From Carcharhinus longimanus (taxonomy: Eukaryota), in the NCBI GenBank assembly GCA_030264375.1, contig JASCQW010000001.1, positions 99,942,222 through 100,006,221 on the forward strand: a DNA stretch of 64,000 nucleotides, given 5' to 3'. Below, in pieces: positions 38,246 to 52,229 of the stretch (position 1 is the first letter of the stretch; the number at the start of each line of letters is the position of its first letter). The position numbers and the translations under genes are program-made. The notes beneath the pieces are model-generated. The model made no database searches. It saw nothing but the letters and a program-made list of their open reading frames with translations, and was not told the origin of the DNA.

Positions 38246-38399
38246 AACCTCAAATACCCTTTTGCCATTCTCATCAAGTAATTGGACTGTCTTCATGATG
38301 GTTGAAATGGACCAGGCTTCAAAGTTGTTCAGGATTGTGTCTTAGGCTGCTTCATCAACAATTTTACTTCTATTATAAGCTCGGACACGGAGACGCTTG

Positions 38400-38660
38400 C
38401 TGGTCAATAGTGTTCAGTAGCATTCGCAATTCCTCGGGTACTGAAACAGATTGTGCCCACATGCAGCAAGACCTGGACAACATTCAGGTTTGGGCTGATT
38501 AGTGACAAGTAACATTGGTACCACACAAGTGCCAGTCAGTGGCACCTCCAACAAGGGAGAACCTAACAATTTCCCTTTGACATTCAATGGCGTCATCATC
38601 ACTGAATACCCCCACGATCAACAAGCTGGAGGTTACCATTCACCAGAAACCTGAATTGGG
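38400..38660 (+). mobile_element. LINE family B RT fragment
   Basis: VFSSIRNSSGTETDCAHMQQDLDNIQVWAD*.QVT..PHKCQ (RT thumb pattern LQ.DL..I..W...WQ..F...KC). Confidence 0.8.
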
Positions 38661-38914
38661 CTGACATACTCTTGTGAATCCGTCCTCACATCCATCACTT
38701 GCCTCAGGCTTACCTCAAATTATTTATTTGAGAGACACTTGATGACAGTACCTCTTTTTGCTCTCCAAGCCCCTGTCCACATGCTTTAGAAGGGCATCAC
38801 TTTGAAATGGGCATGCAGGGAAGGATTTTACAAGGGTGTGAACTGCTAGTTGCATATACACAATGCTGCACTTCTCCGGTGTTCAATATTCTGCCCAAAT
38901 GCAATTCATGGAAT

Positions 38915-39170
38915 TATTGTTGTGGATCCGGAGCCACATGTAGGCCAGACTAGGTAAGGATGAAAGGTTTCCTTCCCTAGAGGACATGCATGAAATATTT
39001 GGATTTTTACAACAATTGCCAATGGTTTCCTGGCCATCATGTTTCAATTCCAGATGTTTTATTGAGATTAAATTGCTCCTCTGCCATGGCAGGATTCTAA
39101 CCCAGGTCCCCAGAGTATTACCCTGGGTCTCCAGATGATTAATCCAGTGTCAATGCCACTGTCTCCCCCT
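38915..39170 (-). mobile_element. tRNA-derived SINE (same family as 43410)
   Basis: CACATGTAGGCCAGACTAGGTAAGGATG..AACCCAGGTCCCCAGAGTATTACCCTGGGTCTC. Confidence 0.75.
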
Positions 39171-39795
39171 AACCTGTGTATACGCTACTCATTATCACTG
39201 ATACTTCAAGTTAGACTTCTCCTAAGATGATAAGGGCGTGGGAGCTGTGGCCGCTTGGTCCCAATTCACCTAATGGGAGCTAGGACAAGTAGCTTTACTC
39301 TGTAATTTGCTTAAGAAGATTTGTATTGGCTGTACATTCCATCTGTTGTCAGGCAACAGGCCTGGCACCTGCTGTATTCCATCCACATCAACAGAACACA
39401 GTCCAAGGATGATGTGGGAGCCAGTAAACCTATTCCAGAGGCAGAGTATTCTATTCCCCTGTAGCACGCACTGAAATAAAATCCAATATTGCTACAGTTT
39501 GAGTCATGTGGTATAATAGAATTGCAGTTCAAACCAGGTGACTCCATAGCCAAAGCATGCCATCTGTCACTGTTTGCCATGACACCCAACAGCGGCAAAA
39601 CAAAACTCACCACAAATAGAATGAAAGCAGTCCACAAATCTGTACTGCTCTGTATTATAAAGAATACACAGTTGATGCCTGTTTGAGACTTTTAACTGAA
39701 TCAGATGAGGTTTAAGGACCCTTCAGACTTTGCTCTCAATGTGCATGATCGTATCACAACACCTCCAAATGATAATGTTTTCTAACATCCCAACT

Positions 39796-40572
39796 TGGGG
39801 CAGAATTTGCTGGACCACCCCCTCAACCCCCCAACTCGTTCATCCAGCATAGGTGTGTTCGGAGATCGGGGGAGGGCATATGATCAGGTATGAAGGTGTG
39901 GGGTGGAGATTCTATTGCCTGCCCACCTCCCACTGATTTAATTCAGGATAAGAAGACTTAAGGATGGCCTTCTTACCCAGAGATCAATTAAAGCACTGAA
40001 GTGGCCAATTATGGAGCATGTAAAGGTCTCACCCTGCCGCTGCTGGTATTTAACCAGTCAAAGAAAGGGGACACACCACGTATTTTTTCTGCCCTGAATA
40101 CTCTTACCTTCTTGTCAGAAGTTGAAATTACCTTCTTGTCAGATACTTTAAGCTCAATAGGGAGGCACCAGTAGCATGAACGGGACCAGGAATAAGATCC
40201 CCTTACCCCCTTTCCCCTTTAAATTGACCCCTCCACCACCCTTGCCAGGCCCTGGCAAATATGCCCATTTACCTTTTCCTTGGGGCTCCAGTGATGAGCC
40301 ATAGTGCCAGCTGCACTGTCATACTGGCCATGGCCACCGCTCCCAGTGCCGTCGCTGGTATGGAGAATTCCCAGCCTCTGGTCGACAGCTCTTGGCAGTC
40401 AGGACACCCTCCAGCAGAATTTCAGGGAGGAAATTCCCTGCACGGAAGCCTGGAGCTGACCAGATGGATGGGTGCCTCATTCGGACTAAAGCCGACTGAA
40501 CCTCCAGGAAATGGCTGCAGCTGGGATGTCACAATATTTCCAGCATCTGGCCATGCTCATTAAATTCCACCT
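39796..40572. mobile_element. Non-autonomous Harbinger-type element
   Basis: Short imperfect TIRs GGGCAGAATTT...AAATTCCACC bounding a GC-rich island. Confidence 0.45.
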
Positions 40573-41963
40573 GATGTGTTACCCTACAGACTGTCCTCTC
40601 TTACTGCTACAATTAGTTAACACCCCTAAACTCTGTGACCTTACAATTTATTATGTAATATGATTGGCCAAATCATCAATGTATTGTCCAGATTTCCCCA
40701 AATATTTAACATCATTTATTTATCAATGTTGGTAATATCACACAACAACTACATGAAGGGCACTAACAATCTATGCTCTCATAAAAACAAACCCAAAACA
40801 GAATGAATGAGCTCTTAAAGGAAGTGGAATTGTTGAATGATTGCAAGCTAACAATCTTATTAATAAGATGATGATTTTGTGTTGCCATGAACCTATTGAT
40901 TGGATTAACATGTTGAAATTACTTCTCAATATTTATAATTCTCTATTTTGGATTGAAGCCTTAATTATATAATTTCAGCCCTACCATTGATAAATATTTA
41001 AAATGTTAATTCAAGCACTGAAGTCAAAATTGATAGAAAGCTGCCTTTCCGGAATAAAAGGAACATAATACGTTATACATGAGGAAAAGTTTTGATACTG
41101 GTTGGTGATACAATGGAATTGAAATGTTGGGGAAGTAAGAATGGAAACTGCACGAATTAAGATTCCCTGAAACACTTTTTCTCTGCACAATAAGGAAATG
41201 AAAGCTGCTAATTGAACAAATTACTCCTGTCTCATTGCTGCAGCAATAGTGTTCAAGGATAAAATGCTAATACAGTTCATGAAATCAAAGCATTCGCCCA
41301 CTGGAACCACTAAATGATATTCGAGGAATCAGGATGAAAACTGCGGAAACAGTGATTGGCAGAATTAGCCCTTTTATTTGGTTTGGCTTAGAATGTGGAA
41401 GTAACAATAATGAGTGGCCTTGAGGAAGTTCATCTGGAACAGTACCAGAAGAACTCCACACAAGAAGGATTTAACATAGAAAACCTTTTAGGAACATATT
41501 GCAGCGTTTACGTGGGTCACCGTGTGTTAATGAGTGCTTTAAAGTGGCAGAGCTGACAGCTTCAGCATGGGCTCACTCCTAACATTATAATCACAAACCC
41601 CTCACATGAAATTCAATAGGAAAACATTTAGGGCAAAAAAATGATACGAGGCCCCTCATTTAAATAATACCCCATTCATGTTCCGCAGTAAGGCAACAGC
41701 TGGAAAGTATGTCATGGGTATTAATTTCCTAATGTTCGGCAATTGAAAACCAAAGTGTAAAAATAGAAGGAAATCCGGAACTGCCGTTTCTTGCACATGG
41801 TTCTTGACTTTTTTTTATTTTTTCAAAACCAACTGAGACGTAAGTGAAATCTGCACTTTCACAAATGGACATGCCTGTTGATAAAAGCACAACATTGGGC
41901 CAGACACAACTATTAGCTGCTCCAGCTTATTAATGCATGCTCCCTATATATTAGGTAAAACAT

Positions 41964-42281
41964 TAGAATCAGAGTCCCTACTGTGCAGGAGGAGGCCATT
42001 TGGCCCGTCAAATCTGCACGAACAACAATCCCATCCAGGTCCTATTCCCATAATCCCATATATTTACCTTGCTAATCCCGCTGGCACTAATGGACAATTT
42101 ATCATGGCCAATCCATCTAACTCGCACGTTTTTGGATTGTGGGAAGAAACCGGAGCACCCGGAGGAAACCGACGCAGACATGGGGAGAACGTGCAAAGTC
42201 CACACAGAGTGTGATCCAAGCCGGGAATCCAACCTTGATCCCTGGCACTGTGAGGCAATAGTGCTAACCACTGTGCTGCCC
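41964..42281 (-). mobile_element. HE1 V-SINE type B, full length
   Basis: GGGCAGCACAGTGGTTAGC head; CR1-like tail GGCCAAATGGCCTCCTCCTGCACAGTAGGG. Confidence 0.92.
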
Positions 42282-43409
42282 TTACATTAGAACTAGGGTG
42301 GGTTCCAGGTGCAAAGTGCCTTCTGCCCAAGGCAGGTAGACCATTTCCAAAACAGGATTGGTTACAGTCCTGTCCTTGATGCATATTTATTCTGATAATC
42401 ATTGAAAAATCAAAGGATGGTGCTAATTAGAACACTTGCTCAAACCAATTCATCTCACCAAAGAGAATATATAAATAGTTTTGATGAAGAAAAGGAGTTA
42501 GAATGACTATTACTGAATTGGTTGTTGGAGTTGATAACTGGTCAACTTGGTCCGAAAAGAAACCTCTGGCAATTGAGTTGATTCCTGGTAAATGTCAATG
42601 TTCCTTTTTAGGAGAGGCACAGAAGATTCGAGTTTAAAATCTTACCCAAACATAGTGGCGTTTGCTCATCACAATATAATCGAGATTTCCCTTTGTGGTG
42701 GATTTGTTGGCATTGACTTATTCTCAAAAATTAGACAGCAGTGTGGTCAACAGCTTGGCAGATTTGGTGGCATCAGACTCCCCTGTTTGAGCCCCATATC
42801 GAGTCAGAATGTTTTCTGACAAATCCCTGCCAGCTGGTTTCTATGGAACAGAGCAGTCCTTGGATGACAGTCACACTGAAGTCACAGTGTGATGAAAAAA
42901 CACAGTTGCCCTTTGAAAGACAATGCAGTCTGAGTACAGCTTCTGATTTTGCAAGGAGGTTTTGAAAATTGAACCACTTATCCAACTATTGGAAAAATAA
43001 GTATCAAACCTGGGAATAAGCTATAAAATTTCTATTTGCTTCTGTCTCACTGATTAATCCCATTGTAACCTGTTTCACCTATACTTCAAGGGACAAAGTC
43101 ATTACCAATAATAACCAAATCCCACGCTGATCACCCTATTCCCTCCTAAACTGATACCCCAATGACAACATGACTCCCACCACCAAAAATTTGACCACTG
43201 ACAATTTATTCCCCCCAACAATGACCTCCAGAACACCCAGGTCCCCAGAACCAACCTCCCTTCACTCACCACCCAATCGACCCCCCCCCTTCCCTCTATC
43301 GCACTGTTCACACCAGACCACCGCTCCATTGCCCACTTACCTTACAAACCTACCTCTGCCTAGTTTGAAAATTGTTGGACCTTTAATCTTACTGATTTTT
43401 TAAAAAATT

Positions 43410-43930
43410 TGTTCACGAGATGTGGGTGTCACTGACTACGCCAGCATTTATTGCCCATCCCTGAGGGCATTTAAAAGTTAACCATGTTGATTTGATTTGA
43501 TCTGATTTGATTTATTGTCATGTATTGGGATACAATGAAAAGTATTGTCTCTTGAGCACTAAACAGCCAAAGCATACTGTTCATAGAGTACATTGGGGAG
43601 AAGGAAAGGAGAGAGTGCAGAATATAGTATTAAGGTCACAGTTGGAATTAGAGAAAGATCAGCTTAATTGCTGTGGATCTGGAATCACACGTAGGCCAGA
43701 CCAGTTAAGGGTGATAGATTTCTTTCCTTAAAAGATATTAGTGAACCAGACGGGTTTTTATGACAATCAACAATGGTTTCATGTTCATCATTAGATTTTT
43801 AATCCCAGGTCTTTTTAAAATTCAAATTTCACCATCTTCCATGGTGGGATTGAAACCCAGGTCTCCAGAGCATTATCCTGGGTCTGTGGATTACTAGTCC
43901 AGTGACAATACCACTACGCCACCACTTCCC
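43410..43930 (-). mobile_element. tRNA-derived SINE with a nested Rex1/Babar tail at 43490-43667
   Basis: Head GTGGTGGCGTAGTGGTATTGTCACTGGACTAGTAATCC..GGGTTTCAATCCC; tail AGGGATGGGCAATAAATGCTGGC; the insert is flanked by TTG on both sides. Confidence 0.85.
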
Positions 43931-45847
43931 CATTTTACAGTAGTTAGCGATGTAAAAAAGGGGGCATGGCCACCTTACTTTCAACTGTGCAGCCCTTTCA
44001 TAAGGCTCCATGATGTGTTGCTCCACATAGTTTCACCCAGCTTGCAATGGAAGGCCGGGAAAGGATCACTTGAATTCCAAGGCAGTTCCCACTCTACAAA
44101 ATTCCCACTCTACAAAAGTCCAGGCCCTAGCATTTGGCAAAAATGAGAAAAATGAACCAATAATGGATTACTCATTGCCCTGCCCATTTAAATCTGCATT
44201 GCCTTTTTTAAAAGNNNNNNNNNNAAAAGCGGTCAGGCTCAGAGATGGAGGAATATTGTATACACATACACCCGGCCACTAAGGTTAAAGCAAATATTTA
44301 TCATTCATTAACACTGGCAGCCAAGGGGGCTGATGTAAGAAGATAGTAGGATAGCACTTACCTATGGCAGAATAACAATCTTATTTATAAACATTTAGAA
44401 CAGATTGCCCATCATGATGTGAAGTACTGGATTTTAATGGGATAAGATGTCTTCAGGGGTGTCAAGGAAATAATGAAAAAATTCCTTAAGAGTCTGTGCA
44501 TTTTTGAAAAAGACAAAAGTCTCTGCTTTTGATCCAGCAGCTGTTACTTAGTTTTTGTGCAGCTGGTGGTGTTTGTGCAGATTAAGTAGGTATTAAAGTA
44601 GGCGTCATTGCTGGAACAGTAGCACTGTGGGTTACTTAGGTGAAGGCTGTGACGTCTGCCATCCACCCAGTGTTTACCATCCACTCTGTCACACATTTCA
44701 AAGGGACACTATTAGGCTATTTAATATATGGTTGGTTAAGTATCGGAGGTGACTATCATTGATATTTTATAGCAACGCTTAACACACTTGTATCAATTTC
44801 CTCTCTCTGCCCTGAGAAGTAAATCCCAGAGCTCTCCACTCCGTCTGTGTTAAAATAACAGAGGGAGAAATTTGATCTAAGTTTGTGTTAAATCCTTGAA
44901 CAATATCATTAATTACAGAAACCTTCAGCTGTTGCATTGTTTTAGATGTGACTTGAATAATGAAAAAAATCATTTGACTCTCACTCCACCCATTTTCCAT
45001 CACAATTAAACCAAATTGTACTCAAGAGCCAGGAAATCATGGCCTTAAATTTCCACGGGGTTATGCTGCTTGGCTCCTGTGGTTCCATGAGGAGATGCAC
45101 AGCCACAAAAACAAAAAACATCACCCGCTAGAGATGCCGGTTATTTTCAAATCTGAAGAATCTGTAACTCATTTGTGGCCGTATAGCAACCGACTGTCAT
45201 AACTCATGTTGGCAAGTCCTCACGCTCATGAAGGAATGATTGGAATGCACTGACTCTCATGTGATATCATCCATTTAATCCAGCAAGAGAGTTATGGCGC
45301 TTGGATAGTGTCTGAAGGCCTGGTGCTGAAGACGCAACACAAAAAAACAACAGTCTTTACTGTTGATGGGTTGAAATGTATTTTAATTGCTAGTTTAGAA
45401 AATGAGGGGAGTGATAAAGCTGGCAGAATATATGTAGTGGCTTACTCTTGCCAAGTTAGTTTTGTTTAACATGGTTATTTTTCCTCAGAATGGCTTCTGA
45501 CCATTTAAAAAAGCAAGATCTAAAGGGTTTATTTTCCTGCTATTGGTGTGCAGGTTGCACCCATTTCCAGTGGAGTTTACACAGCCTATAGACCTTTTTG
45601 TTCATGGGATCAAAGGCACATGTCTTCCTCTCTTAAAATTTTGATATTGTAACCAGATTTATAATGAGAACAACTCCAAGCTCTCCTTCTTGTGCCGAGT
45701 GGAGATATGTCTTTTTTCAAGTCTTCACAAATCTGATTGCACGTCAGTTCTTACCAAATTCCAATCATGGAATCACTTATTTCAGAGGGAATGCACCCAG
45801 AGTTTAATTTGCATTTAATGTTACTCAGGAATGGCTGAGATTAGAGA

Positions 45848-46556
45848 CATGAGGTGGTTTTTCGGCCTCACTTTGCCACGCCTGGTGCAGATCACCCTGA
45901 TCCCAGAAAACGGTACAAGCTTAAAAACTGTTTTCATACTCAGTAGCAAATAGTTTGCAATCAATCTGGTCTCTTTCTACTGACACAAACTGGATTGTGC
46001 CCTGTCTGAACGTGAGGCTAGTTTGCATAGTTAACGTTGTATTTAAATATGCTTCGCTCATTTGGCACCAGATTTTTCCAGCTCCCGGAATCTTCTAACC
46101 CCAGTCCAGTGAGAATCATGACTGGTCTCTACTGGCAGAGACCAAGTGTGATGGCCACACCACAGGGTACAGGAGGCCAGTGAAACTCCTGGGTGGCCAG
46201 GAACATAGCTGGCAAGTATCCACCTGGCAGTGCCCACCTAGGATGGGGCATGAAGGGAGCATCATGTAAGGGTGGAGCGCGTCAGGGGTCATGCAGAGGA
46301 AACCCATTGGGAATGCCACGAAGTCAGCATCCATGGGGAAAGAGAGGTGTCTTCCAGTACACTGTGAAATCAAAATGGCACCTCATCGCTTTGCAGCCCG
46401 GCTCACTGGTGTATTTAGGCCCTGCTTCTCCCATAACCAGCACGCAACTCACCACTCTCCCAAAGAAATGTCTAAATATGAGACAATTGTGGCATGGATT
46501 ACTCCGGTTTTCTTGCTGTTGTGACATTTGTTCATTTTTTGGGAAAATTCTGGCCC
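45848..46556. mobile_element. Non-autonomous Harbinger-type element
   Basis: GAGGTGGTTTTTC...GAAAATTCTGGCCC termini; the right end is similar to 30298-30355. Confidence 0.5.
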
Positions 46557-46790
46557 TTGTTTTACTTCAGTCAGTAACAGGTTGGAAATTAGAAAGTATG
46601 GTATGTAATAGTCTGACAAATAAATTGTACTATTAATTGATTTCCAGAAGTTATTGTTGTCATGATTGGAAAAGGTTTATTCTTATATCACTACTAAAAT
46701 GTTTCTCCCAGTGCAAATGATTCCAAAGTCCCATAAGTTAGATATGTGCTAACTAACACTGTAAGGCTGGAGTTAAACATGATGTAAAAT

Positions 46791-47079
46791 AAAAGTTTAT
46801 TTATTAGTGTCACTAATAAGCTTACATTCACACTGCAACAAAATTATTATGAAAATCCCCTAGTCGCCACACTCCGGTGCCTGTTCAGGTACACTGAGGA
46901 AGAATTTATCATGGTCAATTTACCTAAGCAGCATGTCATTCAGACTGTGGGAGGAAACTGGAGCACCCGGAGGAAATGCACACAGACACAGGGAGAATGT
47001 GCAAACTCCACACAGACAATCTGGGAATTGAACCTGGGTCCCTGGTGCTGTGAGGCTGCAATGCTAACCACTGTGCCAC
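46791..47079 (-). mobile_element. V-SINE tail type A
   Basis: Same architecture as 17967-18270. Confidence 0.9.
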
Positions 47080-47677
47080 ATATGGAAAAGAAGCAAGTCC
47101 AATCTCATGTCAGAGGCCTCAACCACCAACTGATAACCTGGCACCCGGGAGTTTATCACTTTCCATACCTGAGAATTATTATCTGTATTTCACCACTTCA
47201 TTCTGCAGTTGCACAACTGCGCGTGAAATTATAAATCATTCTTAAAGTGCACGATAGAAAGGAATGGGTGGACGGGTTTCAGATTCCTACTTCAGTGCCA
47301 GAATCTCGAAAGCCANNNNNNNNNNNNNNNNNNNNNNNNNNNNNNNNNNNNNNNNNNNNNNNNNNNNNNNNNNNNNNNNNNNNNNNNNNNNNNNNNNNNN
47401 NNNNNNNNNNNNNNNNNNNNNNNNNNNNNNNNNNNNNNNNNNNNNNNNNNNNNNNNNNNNNNNNNNNNNNNNNNNNNNNNNNNNNNNNNNNNNNNNNNNN
47501 NNNNNNNNNNNNNNNNNNNNNNNNNNNNNNNNNNNNNNNNNNNNNNNNNNNNNNNNNNNNNNNNNNNNNNNNNNNNNNNNNNNNNNNNNNNNNNNNNNNN
47601 NNNNNNNNNNNNNNNNNNNNNNNNNNNNNNNNNNNNNNNNNNNNNNNNNNNNNNNNNNNNNNNNNNNNNNNNNNNNN

Positions 47678-48345
47678 CCACCACCACAGCTGGAAGCAGT
47701 GGGGTGATCCCAATCTGAGAGGTAGGGGGATGTATTTTACTGATGGCAGTCAATTACATTGCTGCCACCCTTAATTAGATGACAGTGCCACCCAAGAGCA
47801 TCAGATCCAATCAGATGGCCAGCAATTTAATGGCACCACCATTAGTGGCAGGCATTGCTGAAACTGCACCCAGCGAATGGTGTAAAAATGACTTCGTGCC
47901 CATAAAGATGAGGAAGTGGGATCTGGGGCCTGGAAAGCAAATTCTGGCCTTGCTGAAGAGGAGGGAGTTCACTCAAGACAGGCAACTTCAGTCAAGCCAT
48001 TGCTGCCACTGGCAGTGGGAGTTCCCCTCAAACAAAAGATCCTGCCACTGGATCCCATTGGAAAGCCACCAGTGTTTAACTGTCTGCCCACACAGCAGCA
48101 CTGTGCTCCTCTCCCCCCTGCCCATAATACAGGCAAAATGCCAACAGATGAAGAGGGCCTTCGTTGGCCATTCCAATAGCTCAACTGAGCTCCAGGTAGA
48201 TGGCCAATCTGCCAATTTTCCTGCCTCTAGCAAAATAACCTGGCAGTGAGTAGGCTTCGGGCATAACACCAAATGCTTTCCTGTGGCATTTTGCCAGCCT
48301 TGCCTCCTCTGAGCCCATTGTCAAAGTGCTGGTAAACTCCTGGCC
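47678..48345. mobile_element. Decayed Harbinger-type non-autonomous element
   Basis: GC-rich island ending GGTAAACTCCTGGCC; CCTTAATT motif. Confidence 0.35.
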
Positions 48346-49149
48346 AATATCCTGGGAATAACTTTCTTTTTATTACCCTTTGATCTGAAAAGTCAGCTGT
48401 GCAGAATGCTGAACAGGTTAGCAGGTGGGGAGAAGAGCAGACCTGTGACATGACCTGTCTGATCCATTTAAATGGACTAAACGATCAGGAAAAACTTCAT
48501 TGTGTTTGCACTCCACCTCATTCATGTTGAGATATAAAAAACAGCAAATCAAGAGTGCAGAGGACTGCTAATCCTCTGTGGTTGAATTCCAATATTTCTT
48601 CCTAACAGAACCAGGATGTCAAATTCGAACTGAATTCAAACATTTGGAAAATAAATATACTGTGACTCAACAGCTCACCATTCAGTTTAATTTCCTCTGA
48701 TAGTACAGCGGTTAATGATGTCATACAAAATTCCTCTACTCACTATTCTCACTGGCTTGTTAACCTGTGCACTACCCAATCCATTCAAAAGGGTTGCCAG
48801 AAGAATGACTAAGATGATTCTTGGCTTTGGAGACAAAGTTATCAAGAACAATTCAAGTGTGAAGTTCAAATAAACAATTATTATAACTTCAATGGATAGG
48901 ACTACAGGACAACATTCACATGCAATGAGCAAGGTTAGAGACCAGAAAGATTATTGGCTAGGAATTCATGCAGAACTCTTTTTACTATATATGTTTCTGC
49001 TACATTTTTCCAGCCAAGTTATAGAGAGGATACAGGAAAGGTCCGAGGACGTTTCATGCTTTTATCCTGACAGGGTAGCTGACATGTAAAATCAAAGAGA
49101 GAATGATATACCTGCTGAAATTTTCTAACATTTCCTGCTTTAGTGTTTG

Positions 49150-49720
49150 AGAAACTAAGCCTCTTTTTCTTGGAGCAGATAATTGTAGAAGGAGATCGAT
49201 TTAGAGGTTAAAGTTTATTTATTAGTTACAAGGAGGCTTACATTCACACTGCAATTAAGTTACTGTGAAAATCCCCAAGTCACCACACTCCAGCGCCTGA
49301 TTGGGTACACTGAGAAAGAGTTTAGCATGGCCAATGCACCTAACCAGCACGTCTTTCAGACTGTGGGAGAAAAACCAGAGCACCCGGAGGAAACCCATGT
49401 AGATACGGGAAGAACGTTCAAACTCCACGCAGACAGTGACCCAAGCCAGGAATCAAACCTGGGTCCCTGTTGGTGTGAGACAGCAGTGCTAACCACTGCG
49501 CCACCATGCCATCCCTGTGTTCAATTTTACAAAGGATTTTGATAAAGTTAATTGATAAAAAGAATTTTCATTGACCAGTGGCATAAATGGAAGTGTACCA
49601 ACAAAAGTCTGCAGAGGTTAGGTGATTTAATTTTTTGGGGGCAGATAACTAGAACATGGAATGTCCTACCAGAAAGGGTGGTAGAAACAAAGTCTAAATG
49701 AGCTTTTGAAAGGAAGGTGG
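49150..49720 (+). mobile_element. CR1 3' fragment split by a V-SINE
   Basis: GGAGATCGATTTAGAGG|TGTGTTC.. rejoins across 49209-49515; WNVLPERVVET peptide. Confidence 0.7.
49209..49515 (-). mobile_element. V-SINE tail type A
   Basis: Full head, V-domain and A-type tail. Confidence 0.92.
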
Positions 49721-50560
49721 GAAATGTGGGTAGTGGTTCTCTGGAGGGCAAGGAGAAGATGCCCTGAGGAGGTATGTGCAACTGAGGGTGCACAAGCCAG
49801 GAAGGACGGGGCCACACACGAGGGAAGATTTTGATGGGGACAGGACTGAAAATTGGAAAAAGAAGACCTGTGAAGCGACACCCCCCATGAACCTTTTCCA
49901 CCTGAGACCCAAGCATGCATACTGGCCTCACTGACATTCACTGACCTCCTTCTGCTGGCCAAAAATTGAGGCCAGGCACGATATGGCCCTGAAGAGGCCA
50001 TTAATTGGTGACTAAAGGGCCTCAATTGATGTGAGGGTGGGTGAACCACTCAAGGCCTCAGCTGCCACCCATTAAATCACAGTGAGGCTGGGGTGGGCAG
50101 ATTGGTGGCAGTAAAGGCATTCATGGAATTTACGGACCTCACATGTCACCTTCCACTCCCCAACAGCCTGCAAACACTTCCGCAGGTTTCAGCATAATTC
50201 TGTCCATTGAAATTGTATAAGGAGAGAACAATAGGAAAGGGACTCAGTAAACGGCTTTTTCAGAGCATTGGTATAGTGCGCTTAATGGCAATTTCCCATA
50301 CAGTAAAACTTCATGTGGAACAAACACCCAGGGTAGTTAATTGGTTCATGGCTGATTGATATATTTAAAAGTCGTGCAGATTCCTACTTGTTGATTCAAT
50401 GTATCAAGGATACTGCAACTTGGATTTTCTTTTTGGAGAAAGGAGCCCAGTGTTCCTTTATGTGAAGAATCAACGGTTACAATAGACTCGAAATGAAGCA
50501 GATTTGATGCTGATTTTTCTTATTCTGGCTATCCACATCATATCATCAGAGACAATTAAA

Positions 50561-50840
50561 GAATCCTACAATGCAGAAAGAGTATGCACCGATCACAATC
50601 CCACCCAGGCCCTATCCCCATAACCCCATGAATTTACCCTAGCTGGTCCCCCTGACACTGAGGGGCAATTTAGCATGGCCAGTCCACCTAACCAGTATAT
50701 CTCTGGAGTGTGGGAGAAAACCAGAGCACCCAGAGGAAACCCATGCAGACACGGGGAGAACATGGAAACGCCACACAGACAGTGACCTAAACGGGAATCA
50801 AACCCGGATCCCTGGTGCTGTGAGACTACAGTACTAACCA
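50561..50840 (-). mobile_element. V-SINE type B
   Basis: Same architecture as 23046-23368. Confidence 0.88.
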
Positions 50841-50959
50841 GTTAGCCCTTCTAGTGTGCATATATACTACTAAATCTAGCTGGATCCTGTTCATAACCAT
50901 GAGCTTGCTGTTCTCTTCATCTAATGCCTATGTCCCTTATGAAATAAAGATAGATTCTG

Positions 50960-51260
50960 ATTTAATTATGATTTGAATTCCAAATTATAACTATTCTCTG
51001 AGTATAGAAATGTTCTAACCTCCACTTGGGTTATTTTTCTGATCATAAACTTGTGTCCTTTCATTGCTCTCTCACTAACCAATGGGAGGAACTTTCTCAG
51101 GTACAGTTGGAAAAGAGACTTACCAATGAAGTGAGACTTGAGAAGGTATAATGCTTGGTCACACTTTGTACACAGAACCTCTACCACTGCCCAAAAATTG
51201 CACAGTGTAATCCAGCTGCAGGTTTAGTCCAGTTTCATCCCTGCTTTTGTAACCCAAGTC
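50960..51260 (-). mobile_element. Old CR1 fragment
   Basis: AMKGHKFMIRK..EVRTFLYSE resembles the CR1 motif TRGH..K.....EVR..FFS.R. Confidence 0.45.
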
Positions 51261-51789
51261 AGGATTCTGAGCGTATTTATTGTCTGAGTTGCATTTGTTT
51301 CATGTTAGTAATTAGTGTGATTCAAAATGTGACATTTTCTGCTTTAAGATGCATCCACAAGTGCCTATCCATAAAATAATACAAAGTATTTACAGTACAG
51401 AAACAGACCATGTAGTCCAGCAGATCCATGTGGATGCTCGAAGTGCTCATTGACCCATAACGCTTGGAATTTTTCAACATGACAGAAAAAACGGATAGCC
51501 TGCAGAATCAGGCTCAGCTCCAACGTTCACCCCTCCCTCCAGCACTCATAAATTTTGGGCACTTTAGCTTTAAGAATGTGCCATTTGTTGACACCAATGG
51601 ATTCAAATGCAGTCATCACCAGCAAGTCCTCTTCAGACTAAACCCATTTCCTTAATTTCTTATAGCAAAAAAATCACCAGGACTAATTTTGATTTTGGGT
51701 AATTGCATAAAATGGGCAATAATGAATCAGAAGCATGTTATATATCTCTCCCCATTTTCATCTCTTTATTGTACATGAGAGCTGTATAG

Positions 51790-52145
51790 ATTTTGTTTGA
51801 TTTATTATTGTCACATGTATTGGTATACTGTGAAAAGTATTGTTTCTTGTGTGCTCTACAGACAAAGCATACCATTCATTGAGAAGTAGGAGAGAGTGCA
51901 GACTAGTGTCACAGTCATAGCTAGGGTGTAGAGAAAAATCAACTTTATGTGAGGCAGTCTATTCAAAAGTCTGATGGCAGCAGGGAAGAAGCTATTCTTG
52001 AGTCGGCTGGTATATATCCTCAGACTTTTGTATCTTTTTCCCAATGGCAGAAGGTGGAAGAGAGAATGTCTGGTGTGATTGGCGTCCTTAATTATGCTGG
52101 CAGCCTTTCTGAGGAAAGTGGAAAGTGCAGACAGTCAATGGGTGC
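51790..52145 (-). mobile_element. Rex1/Babar LINE 3' end
   Basis: ORF 51856-52044 GKRYKSLRIYTSRLKNSFFPAAIRLLN; tail TTTTCACAGTATACCAATACATGTGACAATAATAAATCAAA. Confidence 0.85.
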
Positions 52146-52229
52146 CAGATAGCAAGCAGTATATTCAATATCACCTAGCTTACACCATCACCCAAAATCG
52201 AAATTACCCTGATCCTCTAAGTGCCTCAT

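Noticed and set aside
39270-39637. 108-aa minus-strand ORF with a signal-peptide-like start and an internal TTTTATTTCAG acceptor
   Set aside because: No recognisable domain; the start is a non-ATG codon; all frames stop at or before the best donor
47247-47774. Longest ORFs in the track (144-175 aa)
   Set aside because: Artefacts of reading through the N gap
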